A stretch of DNA of 64,000 nt from Lama glama (lineage: Eukaryota): assembly GCA_028534125.1 (NCBI GenBank), contig CM052817.1:100442001-100506000 (forward strand). Direction: 5' to 3'. The notes under the pieces were generated by a model that saw only the letters and a list, made by a program, of their open reading frames with translations, was not told the origin of the DNA and ran no database searches. Shown piece after piece: positions 13,495-25,672 of this stretch. Position 1 is the first letter of the stretch, and every line of letters starts with the position of its first letter. Made by a program: the position numbers and the translations under genes.

Positions 13495-15038
13495 AAACCT
13501 ATCCTGGACCATCTATTTATAGCCACTAAGTATTACTCCTGCCAGCCTAACCTAGGACTTGGGGCATAGAAATGTCTTCTTGGGTTTTGATGATCTGTCA
13601 ACTCATTGAACACTGCCACTCTTATGTCAGAAATGTCTGCTTTCTCTGCCTCTGTTATGCTTCTCACTATTGCATAGCAATAATTTGTTTCCATGTCTGT
13701 GAGCTCCCTGGTCTGAGGGGCTATCACATACTCATTTTTTGTGTCTGCTGAATGAATGAATGAATGAATGAACGAACGAATTTGACGTTATTCATTCTCA
13801 TTAACACCTTTCAACATGTCGAAGAGGCTGACTCCAACTGGGAAACAGTAGCACCTGTGTTTTATTATGAACAAGGCTGTCTTTTCCTGGTGGAGTTGAC
13901 CTTTCCAAGGAGGTGACTGATGGAATGCCATAAAACTCCCTCTTCTCACAAATTCTCACCCAGGCCTACTGTTCCACAATTAAAGACTTATTCCTTTGAC
14001 CTATGTCTTACCAGCCATTTGCACCTTAACCCTTCTCCTCCAGGGAAGGAGGATGTCGTGGAGCCTAGAGGAGGGAGTGTAAAGGCAAGAAATCTGTACA
14101 GAGGAACACAGGGGACCTCCGAGAAGGGCCCGAGCCAGTGGTGTCGTGGGGGTGGGGACTGGGAGTTCCACAGGTAAAAGAACGGACCCAGAAGTGTCCT
14201 CTTAGGTGACTCTCAAAACACTTTTCCATAAGATAATTCATAATTTCAAAGCAGAGAAGAAGCTTAAACCAACTCATCTTCTTTACAAATCCAAGTCCTT
14301 ATCAAAGCACTTCTTTAAGAAAATAGCCTCAAAGGCTTTGGTAGAAATCTGAGGAATTAGGCCAAATGAGGTCAGTCTAATCTGTGCTGCTTGCATCTAT
14401 AAAGACACAGACCGAATTGCATCATACTTCTCAGGGAAGTCCTGAGTCAGCAGAAGAGGCCACCTGCACCCAAGTGCCCGCTTCCAAGAGACTATCTGTG
14501 GCTTTATCTTGGCCCAGGGCCCAGCCCTCTTCCCAGCACATTTCTGACTTTCCTGCTACTCACATCCAGTGCTGGTTTAGAAATAAAAGGTTGCTGTCAT
14601 CTTGGGTGAGGGAAGGAGCCCTTCTCCACAGATTGCCTTAAAAAACACTTCTATCAGCTTGCCAGGTGACAGCCTCCCATTCCCGCTTCTTGCTTTCGCT
14701 CTCACTCTCTCTGGGGATCCTGGGTCAGCAAGGTCGGCTCCCTCTGCCTCAGTTTCTGCATCTGGGCTTGGGGATTTGGGGGTGGGGCAAAGGAAGTGAT
14801 TATTTCATTAGCAAAGTGCTTAATAGCATTTCATTATCTATCAGCATCTCCCTTCCCTTCTTCCTCACTGGGATATTTTGAGAACTAATGAGATAATGGT
14901 CTGCAAGTGGTTGGAGCCCCTCTGAGGGAGTTAGATGGTACCCAGGACACCAGCCCCACTTCCTCCTAGAGTACCTCTGGTCATTAACAATGCCCATGTG
15001 TTTAGACCCAAGGAGTGACCTCACCCAGCAGCCGCAAG

Positions 15039-15039
<1 letters not shown>

Positions 15040-15074
<35 letters not shown>
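15040..15074 (+). repeat. (CA)n microsatellite
   Basis: Directly visible perfect CA run. Confidence 0.95.
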
Positions 15075-15077
<3 letters not shown>

Positions 15078-16299
15078 CTCATGGTCAATTACCATAAGAA
15101 ACATCCATGTTATTTGCCAATTCTGATCCTCAAAGCAAACATATGAAGTAAATCAATGGCAATCCTGTACGAGACCAAGAATTTCATATTTTAAAATGAT
15201 GAATCATAAATAAATAAGAAATAGAAACCCACCCAATTCTGACCCAGAAGTAAGGGGTTGCACAATGTACTTGCAATAAGTGTGCTAAAAAAAATTACAA
15301 ATTCACACTGAATAAAATGCATTTGTGTGCAGGATAAAATATTAGTAAGGGATGCTCGTCTTCCTGGATGCCTCTAAGAAGCACACCACAGTGAAGGGAG
15401 TTCACTGAGCCCCCAGAACATGAAAGGAAAAGACCTGGTTCTATAACAAGCTCACAGAGATCAACCTAATTAACTGATCAATTTGAAATGGGGGCAGATG
15501 AGGAAATCTGTTCAAGTATCTCTTTGATGAAATTGACAGGCAAGTTTGGTGCAAATAGATGGGGAGAAAGGAGGGGGAATGGAGAGAGAGAGAAATGAAT
15601 CTCAAGCAAGCAATTCCTTCCAGGTCTCTGGTTGGTAGATTTTGAGGCCAGCCCCCTCTCCAGTTTCACAGCTTTGCAAAATTTAACTGTTTCTCTGTGT
15701 TCCACTGAAATACTTCATTTCAGAATCCCACGAAATGATTTTGTCTCCTGTTCATTTGTATTAGGAATTTTAGAGTCTGACATCCGAGTGAAGCAGGCTC
15801 TGGGAACTCGGGAGAAAATGTTAGAACTGTTTAGATTTCTGCTTTTCATTCTACACATATAAGGGGAAGATTTTAAATATTGAAAGGAGGAAATAAAATA
15901 TGGAGGAGATAGTCAGACTCAGCCTTTATGGAATAATAATTGTAAATCTTTTCCAAATCTTTCTCCTCATTTTGTTTCGAATAGTGCCTCTCTTCAGTTT
16001 TGATAGCTACGTTCCCCTCTGCAGGATTATGTTAGGCAAAGAATTTAAATACAGACCGCTCCTCCTCCGGCTCTCAGCCCTGGAGACCCAACAGCTGGGA
16101 ATTGTGTGGCAAGTAATCTATTACAAATAATGAAGAATTGAAGTTTATCAATGATTTATTACACAGCATATAAACGGAATATCTCAAGGTTATTACCCAC
16201 GTTCCAATTTGTTTTCACTTCCCTTCCTTCTTCTCTTTTGGACCACAGAGTTGAATTAGTTCTACTCTTTAAGTTCATGGTGCATTCATCAGTTCACAA

Positions 16300-17460
16300 A
16301 AGGTCCCTCTTTTATCTTACAGTGGCTTCCTCTCCTGACCCCCACTCCAGTCCTCCTCACTCCTATTTTGATTTAGACATATGTATAAACGTTCTTGAAA
16401 AATACATGGTATTGCTTTATGTCTGTGTGTGTCTAATTGCAAAAGGCAATGTGCTAAAGATCTCATTCTTTTGTTTACTTTTTAAAAAGATCCAACTCTA
16501 TGTTTTGCAATCCACCCTTGTTGTAGCTGTGAGTCTAATTATTAAAGCTGATGGCTTACATGTGACCGCATTCGCCCTTGTCCTAGCAATGGACTCCCGG
16601 TCGACTCCAATTCTTTGCTGCAAGGAACATGCACAGAGCTGTCCCCTCACGGATTTGTGCCAGCCTGTCTCTGGGGTCTGCACCAGGAGCAGGGTTGCCG
16701 AAGCAAAAGACGCTCCCTCCAGAAGTTCGAGAGGCTTTCTATTTCCCTACATGCCTTTCCTCGCTTGATATTTAAAAGATTTCCAATTTTTGACAATGCG
16801 ATAATTTTAAAGTGGATCACATTGTAATTTAAATTCGCATTTCTCTGATTACTAGTGAAGTGAATATCTCTTCATATGCTTATTAGCTATTTGCATTTCT
16901 TCTCTGAACTGCCTACATCCTTGACCCATATTTTTCCTATGTGAGTTTCCTCTGTTTTTCTTGCCAACTTGCAGGAGCTTCTTGGGGGCATTAATTCCTT
17001 ATTGATTTTTGGACACTGCAAACATCTCTCCCCAGTGCCATCTGTCATATAGGTTAACTGTTTTGAGCTGAAATCTTTACCTTTGATGCACTCAGACCCA
17101 TCAATTTTCCACTTACGGTTTATGTTCTGTGGGTCTTGGTTAAGAAATTTCCTTCAAACCCCAGAGCCACAAAGATATTCTTCTACATACTCCTCTAAAA
17201 AATGTATATCTTTTCCCTTTTCATCTTAGGTCTTGAATGCATTTGGAATTTATTTTTACGTATGTTGTAAGATGGGAATCCAACTCTTTTTTCCCCCATG
17301 TGAATCAGTTTTCCCAGTATCATCCACTAAATGGTCCATCTTCTCCCAACTGGTTTGGGAAGAAGCTTTACTAGGTACCGGTTTCTGATGGAAACATGTC
17401 AGTCTCTTCGGTTATTTTGCCTGTGTCTGCACCACTACCCCACAGTTTTATTATGGTAGC
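16300..17460 (-). mobile_element. Old, degraded L1 (ORF2 3' region)
   Basis: Antisense L1 signatures: gcatttctctgattactagtgaag..atctcttcatatgcttattagctattt; ttaggtcttgaatgcatttggaatttattttt. Confidence 0.7.
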
Positions 17461-17462
17461 TT

Positions 17463-18082
17463 TGAGACGGGCAGGAAGGGGCAGGGCACAGCACTTTAAG
17501 AAATAACACAGCAATTAATACCAAGGCGGCAGAAAGTGGGAGATTTGATCCCTAGTAGACCCTGATCTTCATTATACGCTCATTGTAACATATTAGCATG
17601 ATAAATGGCACTCCTACAGGGCCATGACACTTCCAAGGCCAACCATAAAAGGCCAAAAAGTGGGTAGTGGACCAATTCTTGGGAATTGCCACCCCCTCCC
17701 CAAAGTAGCTGAAATAATCCTCCCACTTGTTAGCATATGAAGTTACTGAGCCCAAACTAACAGCCCCCACACCTCATGTCTGCTCTCCCTTTTAGGTGAG
17801 ACAGACCACACTCTGTCTATGGAGTGTGCATCTCCCTTTACTTTAAGCTGAGCACCCAACTCCCACACCTCATGGCCTTTCTCTTGCCTTCTGAGACAGC
17901 CTGTATTCTGTCTATGGAGTATGTATCTCTCTGAATAAGTCTACCTTTATTCAACTGTGGCTCACTCTTGAATTCTTTCCTGCATGAAGCCAAGGACCCA
18001 CACTTGGTGGGGCACATCCCAGACTCAGCCAAGGCCTAGGACATGGCCATCCTCTCACACCACATTCATTTTTCCTGTATCA
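17463..18082 (+). mobile_element. Solo LTR (ERV1-like)
   Basis: TG...CA ends (tgagacgg ... cctgtatca), near-TSD gctt/gttt, internal duplicated cccacacctcatg block, colinear similarity to 21881-22527. Confidence 0.8.
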
Positions 18083-18952
18083 GTTTTGAAAAATGTCTTA
18101 GTCAATATCTTTTGTTCAATGGAAGAGAAGGCTGGGGTTGTAGTTACTAGACTGAGAATTATACACAGTCCCACAGTCTCCCTTATCCTTGTCCTAACCC
18201 ATAATTCTCACACTGGGTCACCCGTGGGAGGGTAGCCTACATGTAACTGTCATCTGTAATGTATGGCAAAATGTGGAAAAGGGATTATGTCAGGCAATAA
18301 CTAAGTGATCGCCTATTTGCCCTGCACAATTCTTCAGAATTAAAATTGTGTCTTTCAAGATAAGAGAGTCAATATTTTTTACTCTTCATCCTGAAAGCTA
18401 TTCCCTTGAAAAAACCTATAAAACAATTCTATAGAAATGAAAGCTCTTCAAGGATGGTTTTACTGGGTCTCCAAGATGTCCTAAGAGGGTAATATGTGTG
18501 AAGCCACTGAGGGGCAGAGTGGTTGGTCATTTATTCCCTTGTTCCTCTCTAACAGCTAATCTGCAGTGGATCTGAAACTAGGACCCAGATCTTCTGAGAC
18601 TTCCTTGTCAAAGTCATACATAGTTATCCAATGTCTCCCATGTGCAAGACATCACTGCATGGAGTAGAAAAATGAATAAACAGACATGGTCTCTGCCCGC
18701 ATGCTACTACTCAGTGACTTGTCTGGAACCTGGGTTGCACCCTAACTCATGGAAGGATGAACCTCTAACGAAGCTGGACAGCCTTTAGCCCATTCTATCA
18801 GCCAGAGGCCAATTCAAACACATTTTACACAGACCTGCTCGCAATCAGCTAAACATTCTAACTGGATCCTGCCAAGGTGGATTTACTGGCCAAATATGGG
18901 CTTCATCTCCAACTCAGATGAGGGGAAAATGGCATGCCAAGAATGTCCTTCA

Positions 18953-19117
18953 AGGGGGAAGGTATAGCTCAGTGGTCGAGTGCATGCTTAGCATGCACAA
19001 GGTCCTAGGTTCAGTCCCCAGTACCTCCTCTAAAAAGTAAATAAATGAATAAACCTAATTACCTCCCTCCCCCCCAAAACAAACAAACAAACAAACAAAC
19101 AAAAACAAACACAAAAA
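18953..19117 (+). mobile_element. Camelid tRNA-SINE
   Basis: Full head ggtatagctcagtggtcgagtgcatgcttagcatgcac...ggttcagtcccc. Perfect 13-bp TSD aagaatgtccttc (18939-18951, 19118-19130). Confidence 0.95.
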
Positions 19118-21880
19118 AAGAATGTCCTTCCGGAACAGGAATGAGATTGAATCTGCACTAGTGTTTCTGGATACTCACAGTTGAAGAATTTCCAGATGAA
19201 GGAAAGGACAGAATATTCAAGCACAGAGTGGGGAAAAAAGGAAGGAAGGAAGGGAGGAAGGGGAAAGAAAAAGAAGAAAAGAAGATGGAAAGAAAAGGCT
19301 GGTGCTCCGGTGGGAATAACTAGAAAAAGAAGACAGCATATAACAGGAAGAGACAGCCCTAAAAAGCCTTGTTCCTTCAATGTCCCTGACTTCACCAGAA
19401 CCTGGTTACTTGGAATAAATATCTGTGCTTAAACAGCACACATGGGGGTGGCTGACACAAAGAAAGTGCCCAATAATTATTAGTATTTTCTAAAGTAGAT
19501 AATTATCTCTTAGAAATCAAGGAACCAAAGAGGAAATCAAACTATCATTTACAAGCATGAAATAAACTGAACTCTATTCGCATTGTTTCCATTTTTTGTT
19601 TTCCCTTAAGTCCTATTCCTGAAGGAGTCTCTCATTTTAAAATAATCCACACGTTGTCAATCGTAGCAATAAAACAAAATAAAACTAAAGAGAGGGAAAG
19701 GAAAGAAGCTCTAATGTTTGTCTAAAGAAAGTTTCAGCATATACAGATTTTGAATTCTAATTCAGTCCACAAAATTATCCAAAATCGGCTGGTGGATTAA
19801 GAGTAACATGGAAGGATACTGAGAGTTTATTGAAGTTTAAAGGTAAGTTAGATAATGATGTAGCACATCTTTTAACTATTATGCTGTACACCAGAAATTG
19901 ACACAACATTGTACACTGATCATGCTTCAATTAAAAAAAAAAAAAAAAGAGTTCAGTGCCTAGAGCCAGACTGCTTGGTTCAGATTTTACCTCTTCCTCT
20001 TAAATAGCAGTGAGGCTTTGGGCAGTATTTTTAACCTCTCCATGCTTCAGTTTCCCCATCTGCAAAATGGGACTAGAAATTAAATCTGTCTCATAAGATT
20101 CTTGAAGTTATTCAATGAATTCATACACAGAAAATCAGTCTGAACAGTGTCTGTTACATAATGAGAAGTCAATAAACATCATAGCAGTTTCATCTCATAT
20201 CTATCTATCTGCATAGAAAAGTTGGTAAAGATATAGCATAAAATTTTAACTGTGTTTCTCTCTGGAAGGTGAGATCAATGGATTTTTCTTCTTTTTTTGG
20301 CATTTCTCTAATTTTCCAATCATGAAAATATATTGATTTTATAATAAGGATGAACAAGTTACTTTTACTTTTTGACAAAAGATGAGGAGGGGCTGGGGAG
20401 ATTGGAACATTCATGTATTCAGGAGTTACCTGCAAATAAACAGTCTAGCAACAAGGCAAAGTTTTGAGTTTGATCTCAAAATAAATAGGGGGTTTGGGGG
20501 CTGATGGGGTGAGAAAAAAAATGGGGGAGAGTGTCAGTCTCCTCCTAATTTTCTGTTTTATGCTCAGGGTTAAGGTTCAATATTGCAGCAAAATGAACAA
20601 AGAAACCAAGGGCTGTGAGAGGTCACAGGGACAAACACGGACTGGCTCTGGAGTTTTGAAAGGCACTGGCTAATTTCATGACCATTAATAACATCTGCAG
20701 TCCTGCTGGGCAGGCTAATGGCAGGGGTAATTAGAGCCTGTGCTCCAAGACAGATGACTGCTTGTCAGAGCGGAAGAGCGAGCCCACCCTGGGGCCATGT
20801 TGCCCGTGGGTAGGCAGGGCCGGGAGGAGGCAGGGCCTTGCCGGGAAGGACCCTACATGATCACAGTGTAGGGTCAACCTGGACGAGTCTCTGTGGGCAG
20901 ATTCTTCTCCTACAAAGGAAACAGCGGGTGTAGGTGCTGAACAGGGCTTCGGTCTGGATGGAAAACTGGCCCACGCTGGTGGTATCCTGCACTGAAATAT
21001 TTTACGCTTCACATACCCAGGATTTAGGCTTACAAAAATACATTCAGTTTAAAGAAGTTGTGAAATCCATAAATTATATCATTAACTAGTAGTTACACAG
21101 CAGTGATTACGCACGGGTGGGGTGATTTTCTAGTCACCCAAATTAAGAAGCGATCATTTCAAGACAATCTTTCTTCAAGGACAAAGAGAACAATGGGATT
21201 GATGTGAATCTTTTGGTCTTTCCTTGTCTCCAAAGCAGCTCAAGCTGTTCAGTTCTTTAATCAAGATGACTGATACATCTCTAAAAGTTTTGTTTGGAAA
21301 TGAACACATGTATTTTCAAGGTGCAGGTTTCCATCTAGATAAGTCTCAGAATGAATCCTTCCATCCACAGGATGGTTCACTAGAGATGATGTTAAAAAAC
21401 ACTTGTAATTTGTCCCAATAATGTCACTGAAGCAAAAACGAAATTAAATGACTACATTGTAGACTTCTTTCCTTTCTCAGAGAATGTTAGATATCCCGAT
21501 GCAGGGCCACACGATTCTACAAAAAGAATCCTAACCAACGTCAATTTAGATGGAACAAGAGTGATTATCTCAAATTTCTCTTAGAACCCTTCTAAAATGA
21601 CAGAAAAGGAATTGAAGATGTTTCACATCACAAAAGCAAAAAACCAGAAACATCAATGACAGCCGACCAGTACTGTCCATGAATCATTACGAGAAAGAAA
21701 TCATCGGGATGGGATTTGGGACTTCCTTCTCCAGCAGTCTGACAGGCCAGACATTCTGACAAACTCTAGTGCCAAAACACACTGGGATCCTAGTAAATTA
21801 CGTGCACAGAAGAGACAAGGAGATGGAAAACATGAGGAGAGGTTAAGAAAAGTAGAAGATAAGGTGAGAAGGTGTGACAG

Positions 21881-22527
21881 TGAGACAGGAAGAGAGCAGA
21901 GCACAGCCATTCAAGAAATGACACAGCAATTAACACCAAGATGCTGGAAGATTCAGCTTCCAGTAGGTCTTGAGGCCCAAAATGGCAGGAGATTTGACTT
22001 CCAGTAGACCTTGAGCTTCATTATACACTCATTATAGTATATTAGCATGGTAAATGACACTCCTACGGGTGCCATGACAGTTCTGAGGCTGACCATAAAA
22101 GGTCAGTGTTCCAATTCCTGGGAATCCCTGCCCCTTCCCCTAAGTAGTTGGAATAACCCTCCCACTTGTTAGCGTATGAAGTTACTGAGCTCAAAGAACT
22201 AACAACCCCCACACCTCGTGGCCAGGCTCCCTTCTGAGTGAGATGGATCGCATTCTGTTTATGGAGTGTGTAACTACTTTTACTTTAAACTAAACACCCA
22301 TCTCCCACACCTCGTGGCCTTTCTCTTGCCTTCCGAAACAGCCTGCACTCTTTCTATAGAGTGTGTATCTTTCTGAATAAATCTACCTTTACTCAACTGT
22401 GGCTCACTCTTGAATTATTTCCTAAGTGAAGCCAAGGACCCTCACTTGATTGGGGGGAGTGTCCCACAGACTCAACGAAGACTTGGAACACGGCCGTCCT
22501 CTCACCCCACATTTTTTTCCTGTATCA
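21881..22527 (+). mobile_element. Solo LTR, same family as 17463-18082
   Basis: tgagacagg ... aataaa (22376-22381) ... cctgtatca; alignable end to end with the first copy. Confidence 0.8.
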
Positions 22528-25500
22528 ATAAAATCTCACAGTAGAAAACAGAGAGAACAGAGGAAATGCAAATGTTATTGAAAAAATATTAATGAAAAGC
22601 ATGAATCTGCTGATCCAGGAAACAGAAGAAATTCACCAGTATTAATAATCTCCTGCTTTTTTCATTTGGTTGGTAAATTCATGGGTGTTCATTGCATTAG
22701 TATGGTTTTAATACACATATGTGTTAAATATATTCTTCAAAATGACATAAGTTAACAGGTTAAAGAATTTTGAGAAGCATGAACCACTTAGGCCTCAGCT
22801 TTCACTCTTCGCTAGGTTCCTGGAGAAGAGTGAGGAAGGTTGGGGAAGAAGAAAGTCTACATGTGTGCAGGCCCCTGAAAAACCTACTTCATGAGGTTGT
22901 GGTGAAGACCCACAAATACCGGGTTCACAAGACACTTCGGACAGCAGGTGCTGAGAGCTTGGTCACTGCTCTTCGGGTCTGCTGCTGTTGTTATGTTGTC
23001 ACTGAATCTCTGCAGGTCTGCTTCTCCATTCATTCATTCTGTGAATATTTACCAAGTGCTTTTGAAGAAGCATCATGTCACTTCCTTAACTTAAGATGAA
23101 GCTTCTGGACCTCAATTTTATTGCCATTAGCCTATAGGACTGAGATTAGATGTGCTAATCACCCGTGCAATGGTTTTCAAACATGCCCCCAGCACACACA
23201 CACTCCAGAAGGATGCCTCTTGTAAGTGCTGATCATTCAAGAAGGCTTGCTTCACCACCAGTCAGCAGCATCCCCTCCCTTCCACTGCCCTATCAGAGGT
23301 CAGACCATGACCTCCTGATTCCCATCTGGGCCAGAACAAGCAGGCTGATCAGTGGCAGAGACAAGGAGGACAGCAACTCAAAGATGAGAAATACGTTCAG
23401 ACATTCAGAGAAAGGAAGCGCTAGGTGACCAGGGACTAGAAGATATGCATTGGGATCTGGTGTTCATCTCAACTGTCACACTCTCCATTACTTCCCTCGT
23501 TTCCATTCCTAGTCATGTGACCTGACTTCTGGAGCAGGGGATTTGGATCAAGAATCAATGATCAGTGATTGAAATATTAAATATTGAGAAGTAAATAATG
23601 GCAAATTTATTAGGAAAGTAGTATAAAAGTTGCTGAGTATATTTATTCACTTGCCATAGAAGAATTACAATTTTAAGCTCATAATTAAATGAAAGTAGAG
23701 CTTAAGACTATAGCTATTGAATAATCCTTGGATCAAGAACTAAAATTTATCACTATGGACTAGTTCTATTTCTCCTATGCCATATTCAGAATTAACATCA
23801 ATGATTATGTTCTGTCCAACCTTAGTAGGACTTCAAACTGGAACTCATAATTTTCTTCTGCGAGCCTGGTATTTTCCCACATTTCCTGTATCCACCAAAA
23901 AAAGTCATAAAACCTAGAAGCTATCCTTCATAGTCCTACCACCTCATCACAACCAAAATATCAGCAAATCCTATCAACCTGAGCACACAAATATCTCTCA
24001 GATTGGTGGATTTTTTTCTTAGTTCCAAAAAGTTATGCTTAGGATATTAAAAGAAATAAATTTTAAAAATCTGTAAAAACAGATAAGGAATCATTCAACA
24101 GAAACAGCCAATACTCTAATTAGAACAGATGGATGGGGAAAAGAACCAATTAGAAATCTCAAAAATTTCTTAAAAAATCATTAAAATATTTTAAACAATT
24201 AGTAGATGCAATAAAATTTGGGTTGGATGTAGTCACCAAGATATTTACTGAGTGGAAGGATAGTCCTGCAGAAATCATCCAGAATACAACACAGAGAAAC
24301 AAAGGAACACTGATCATGAAAGAGGAGTTAAGAGACACGGTGAGGTAGCCTTTCCCCCAAGATGGCCGCCATGAATGTCCTCTCTCTCTGCGCACACAAA
24401 CTACCCACCCATCAGGAGGTGGATCTTCCCCTGCCCTGGGATATCAGGTTTTTATTGTTTTAAAAAAGATCTTAAGCTGAGTAGTAAAACGTTAACCATT
24501 TGTTAAATTTGAGTGGTGGGTTCTTTTGTGTTTATTTAACTATTTCAAATGTTAACAAAATGGATTTTTCACCGGTAATGTATGGAAATCAATTCCATTG
24601 CTTCCCCTTACAGTCACAATCCAAACAAAACTCTGCCTGTGTCTGTGACAGGGAACTTGCTCATCTGCATTTGGGTTTCTGATGCTGCCAGATGGAGGTG
24701 GGCTGTGTCTTCACTCACAAACTTATAGGGGGCTGGAGAAGAGGCTCCCAGATACATGACTATGTTGGATAAACTACATTCCCAAATGAAACCAAACTGC
24801 AAAAAAAAAAAAATGCAGACCTGAGAGAAAGTTTACTTAAGGAAGGTGACCCATCCTTTTAAGTTGGAGGGATGTGCTGGACTAGGGAACATGGGCAAAG
24901 ACCGGGAGCCGTAACAAAGGAGCGACCTGGACAGGAACAGGAATCCGGGTCCGCCAGGGCGTCTCCTGACCATCAGAGCCGGCAGGCTGCTGGTCCAGGA
25001 CAAAGGCCATGCAGGGTGGACATCCCCAGCCACCAGGGACCAGTACTGGGTGCCCCTCCTGGCAGGTAGCAGCAGGCAGGCAAAATGGGGACTGAGTGAT
25101 GGACAAGTCTAATCCATCCTGGTGATTCTCAGGAACATTTTGGGTAGGGAGCTCAGGAAAAGTCTGAGGTTTCTCTTGATTTGACAGATAGGGCCTGCGC
25201 CTTTGTGATTTGGGGATTTGAGAGGAATCGTGTCTTATTTTGGAGATACAGATAGATGAAGGCCAGGCGTTGGGCTATTGCCTTTATCTCCATCATCCAC
25301 ACACACACTCAGTGAAGGAGAAGCAGAGGTGAAAATATTGCAACCCAGCAGCTTCCCTAACTCCGGTGCTGTCCGTGAGGCCTCCCTGAGCACCCTTAAC
25401 CAAGCACTGCCCACCTGCCCTCCTCCCCACCACCACTGTATTTCCTTAGTAGAACTTGTGCCTTAGTTTTTAAAAGTACATAACATTTTTTTCTCTCTCT

Positions 25501-25545
25501 CCAACTAGAATATAAACTCCACGGAGTCCAAAATTAACTCTCCTG

Positions 25546-25672
25546 AAGGCAAGGGTATAACTCAGTGGTAGAGAGCATGCTTAGTATGCACGAGGTCCTG
25601 GGTTCAGTCCCCAGTACCTCCATTAAAATTTTTAAAAATAAATAAATAAACATAATTACCTCCTCCCCCACC
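25546..25672 (+). mobile_element. Camelid tRNA-SINE
   Basis: SINE head plus TSD aaattaactct (25531-25541, 25673-25683). Confidence 0.9.

Larger units (their letters stand above)
2500..14749 (-). pseudogene. PDS5-like module 6
   Basis: AFEAIF and FVKKMSWFKLLLCFEIMN (14230-14340) vs APEAPY and LLENIAWVKSYNICFELED. KADISDIRVAVFNEL (ORF 13533-13727) vs KTSISDLSEHVFDL. Exon 12793-11880 ANHCF..FLVEMGRILEK vs ASHCL..FLEMIKFLLER. Exon 8008-7750 ESIRNMATSPDEQV vs KSIDGTADDEDEGV. Exon 6220-6048 GNCPRRA*KAA vs KGPPRQAKYA. Exon 4336-4169 KIALL..FILED..W vs HIALL..FIVKD..W. Exon ~3574-3056 RCYDF..VSQQDFQ vs PCYHE..ITLEQYQ. Confidence 0.82.
14750..25320 (-). pseudogene. PDS5-like module 5
   Basis: QIKRNLRL..RMD (~25110-25190) vs MIKRLKM..DMD. 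CSLSNIV..SSPAPY (ORF 24614-24802) vs CCLADIF..APEAPY. YTQQLL/FLINL and MSERISHL/LLVLAQM (23300-23650) vs VTQELLDSILINL and LSEHVFDL..LSVLPQL. Exon 21426-21138 DI..SSLVNHP..ETYL vs DI..HCLMNHP..TEYL. HLGDPVKPSLKSF (from 18480) vs KLGNPKQPTNPF. Exon 16117-15093 DYLPH, LKFLIQMNRR..QW, IFYPAHK vs DFPH, VKDLLMNDR..LW, IFAQKLHK. Confidence 0.82.

Noticed and set aside
16151..16768. Longest ORF (205 aa, + strand) as a gene
   Set aside because: It lies largely antisense to degraded L1 sequence and has no recognisable domain.
18953..19030. tRNA gene (also at the other SINE heads)
   Set aside because: The tRNA-like A/B boxes are followed by SINE body, A-rich tail and TSDs, so these are SINEs.
17463..22527. 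Full-length provirus
   Set aside because: No gag/pol/env, PBS or shared TSD; the interior is host sequence.
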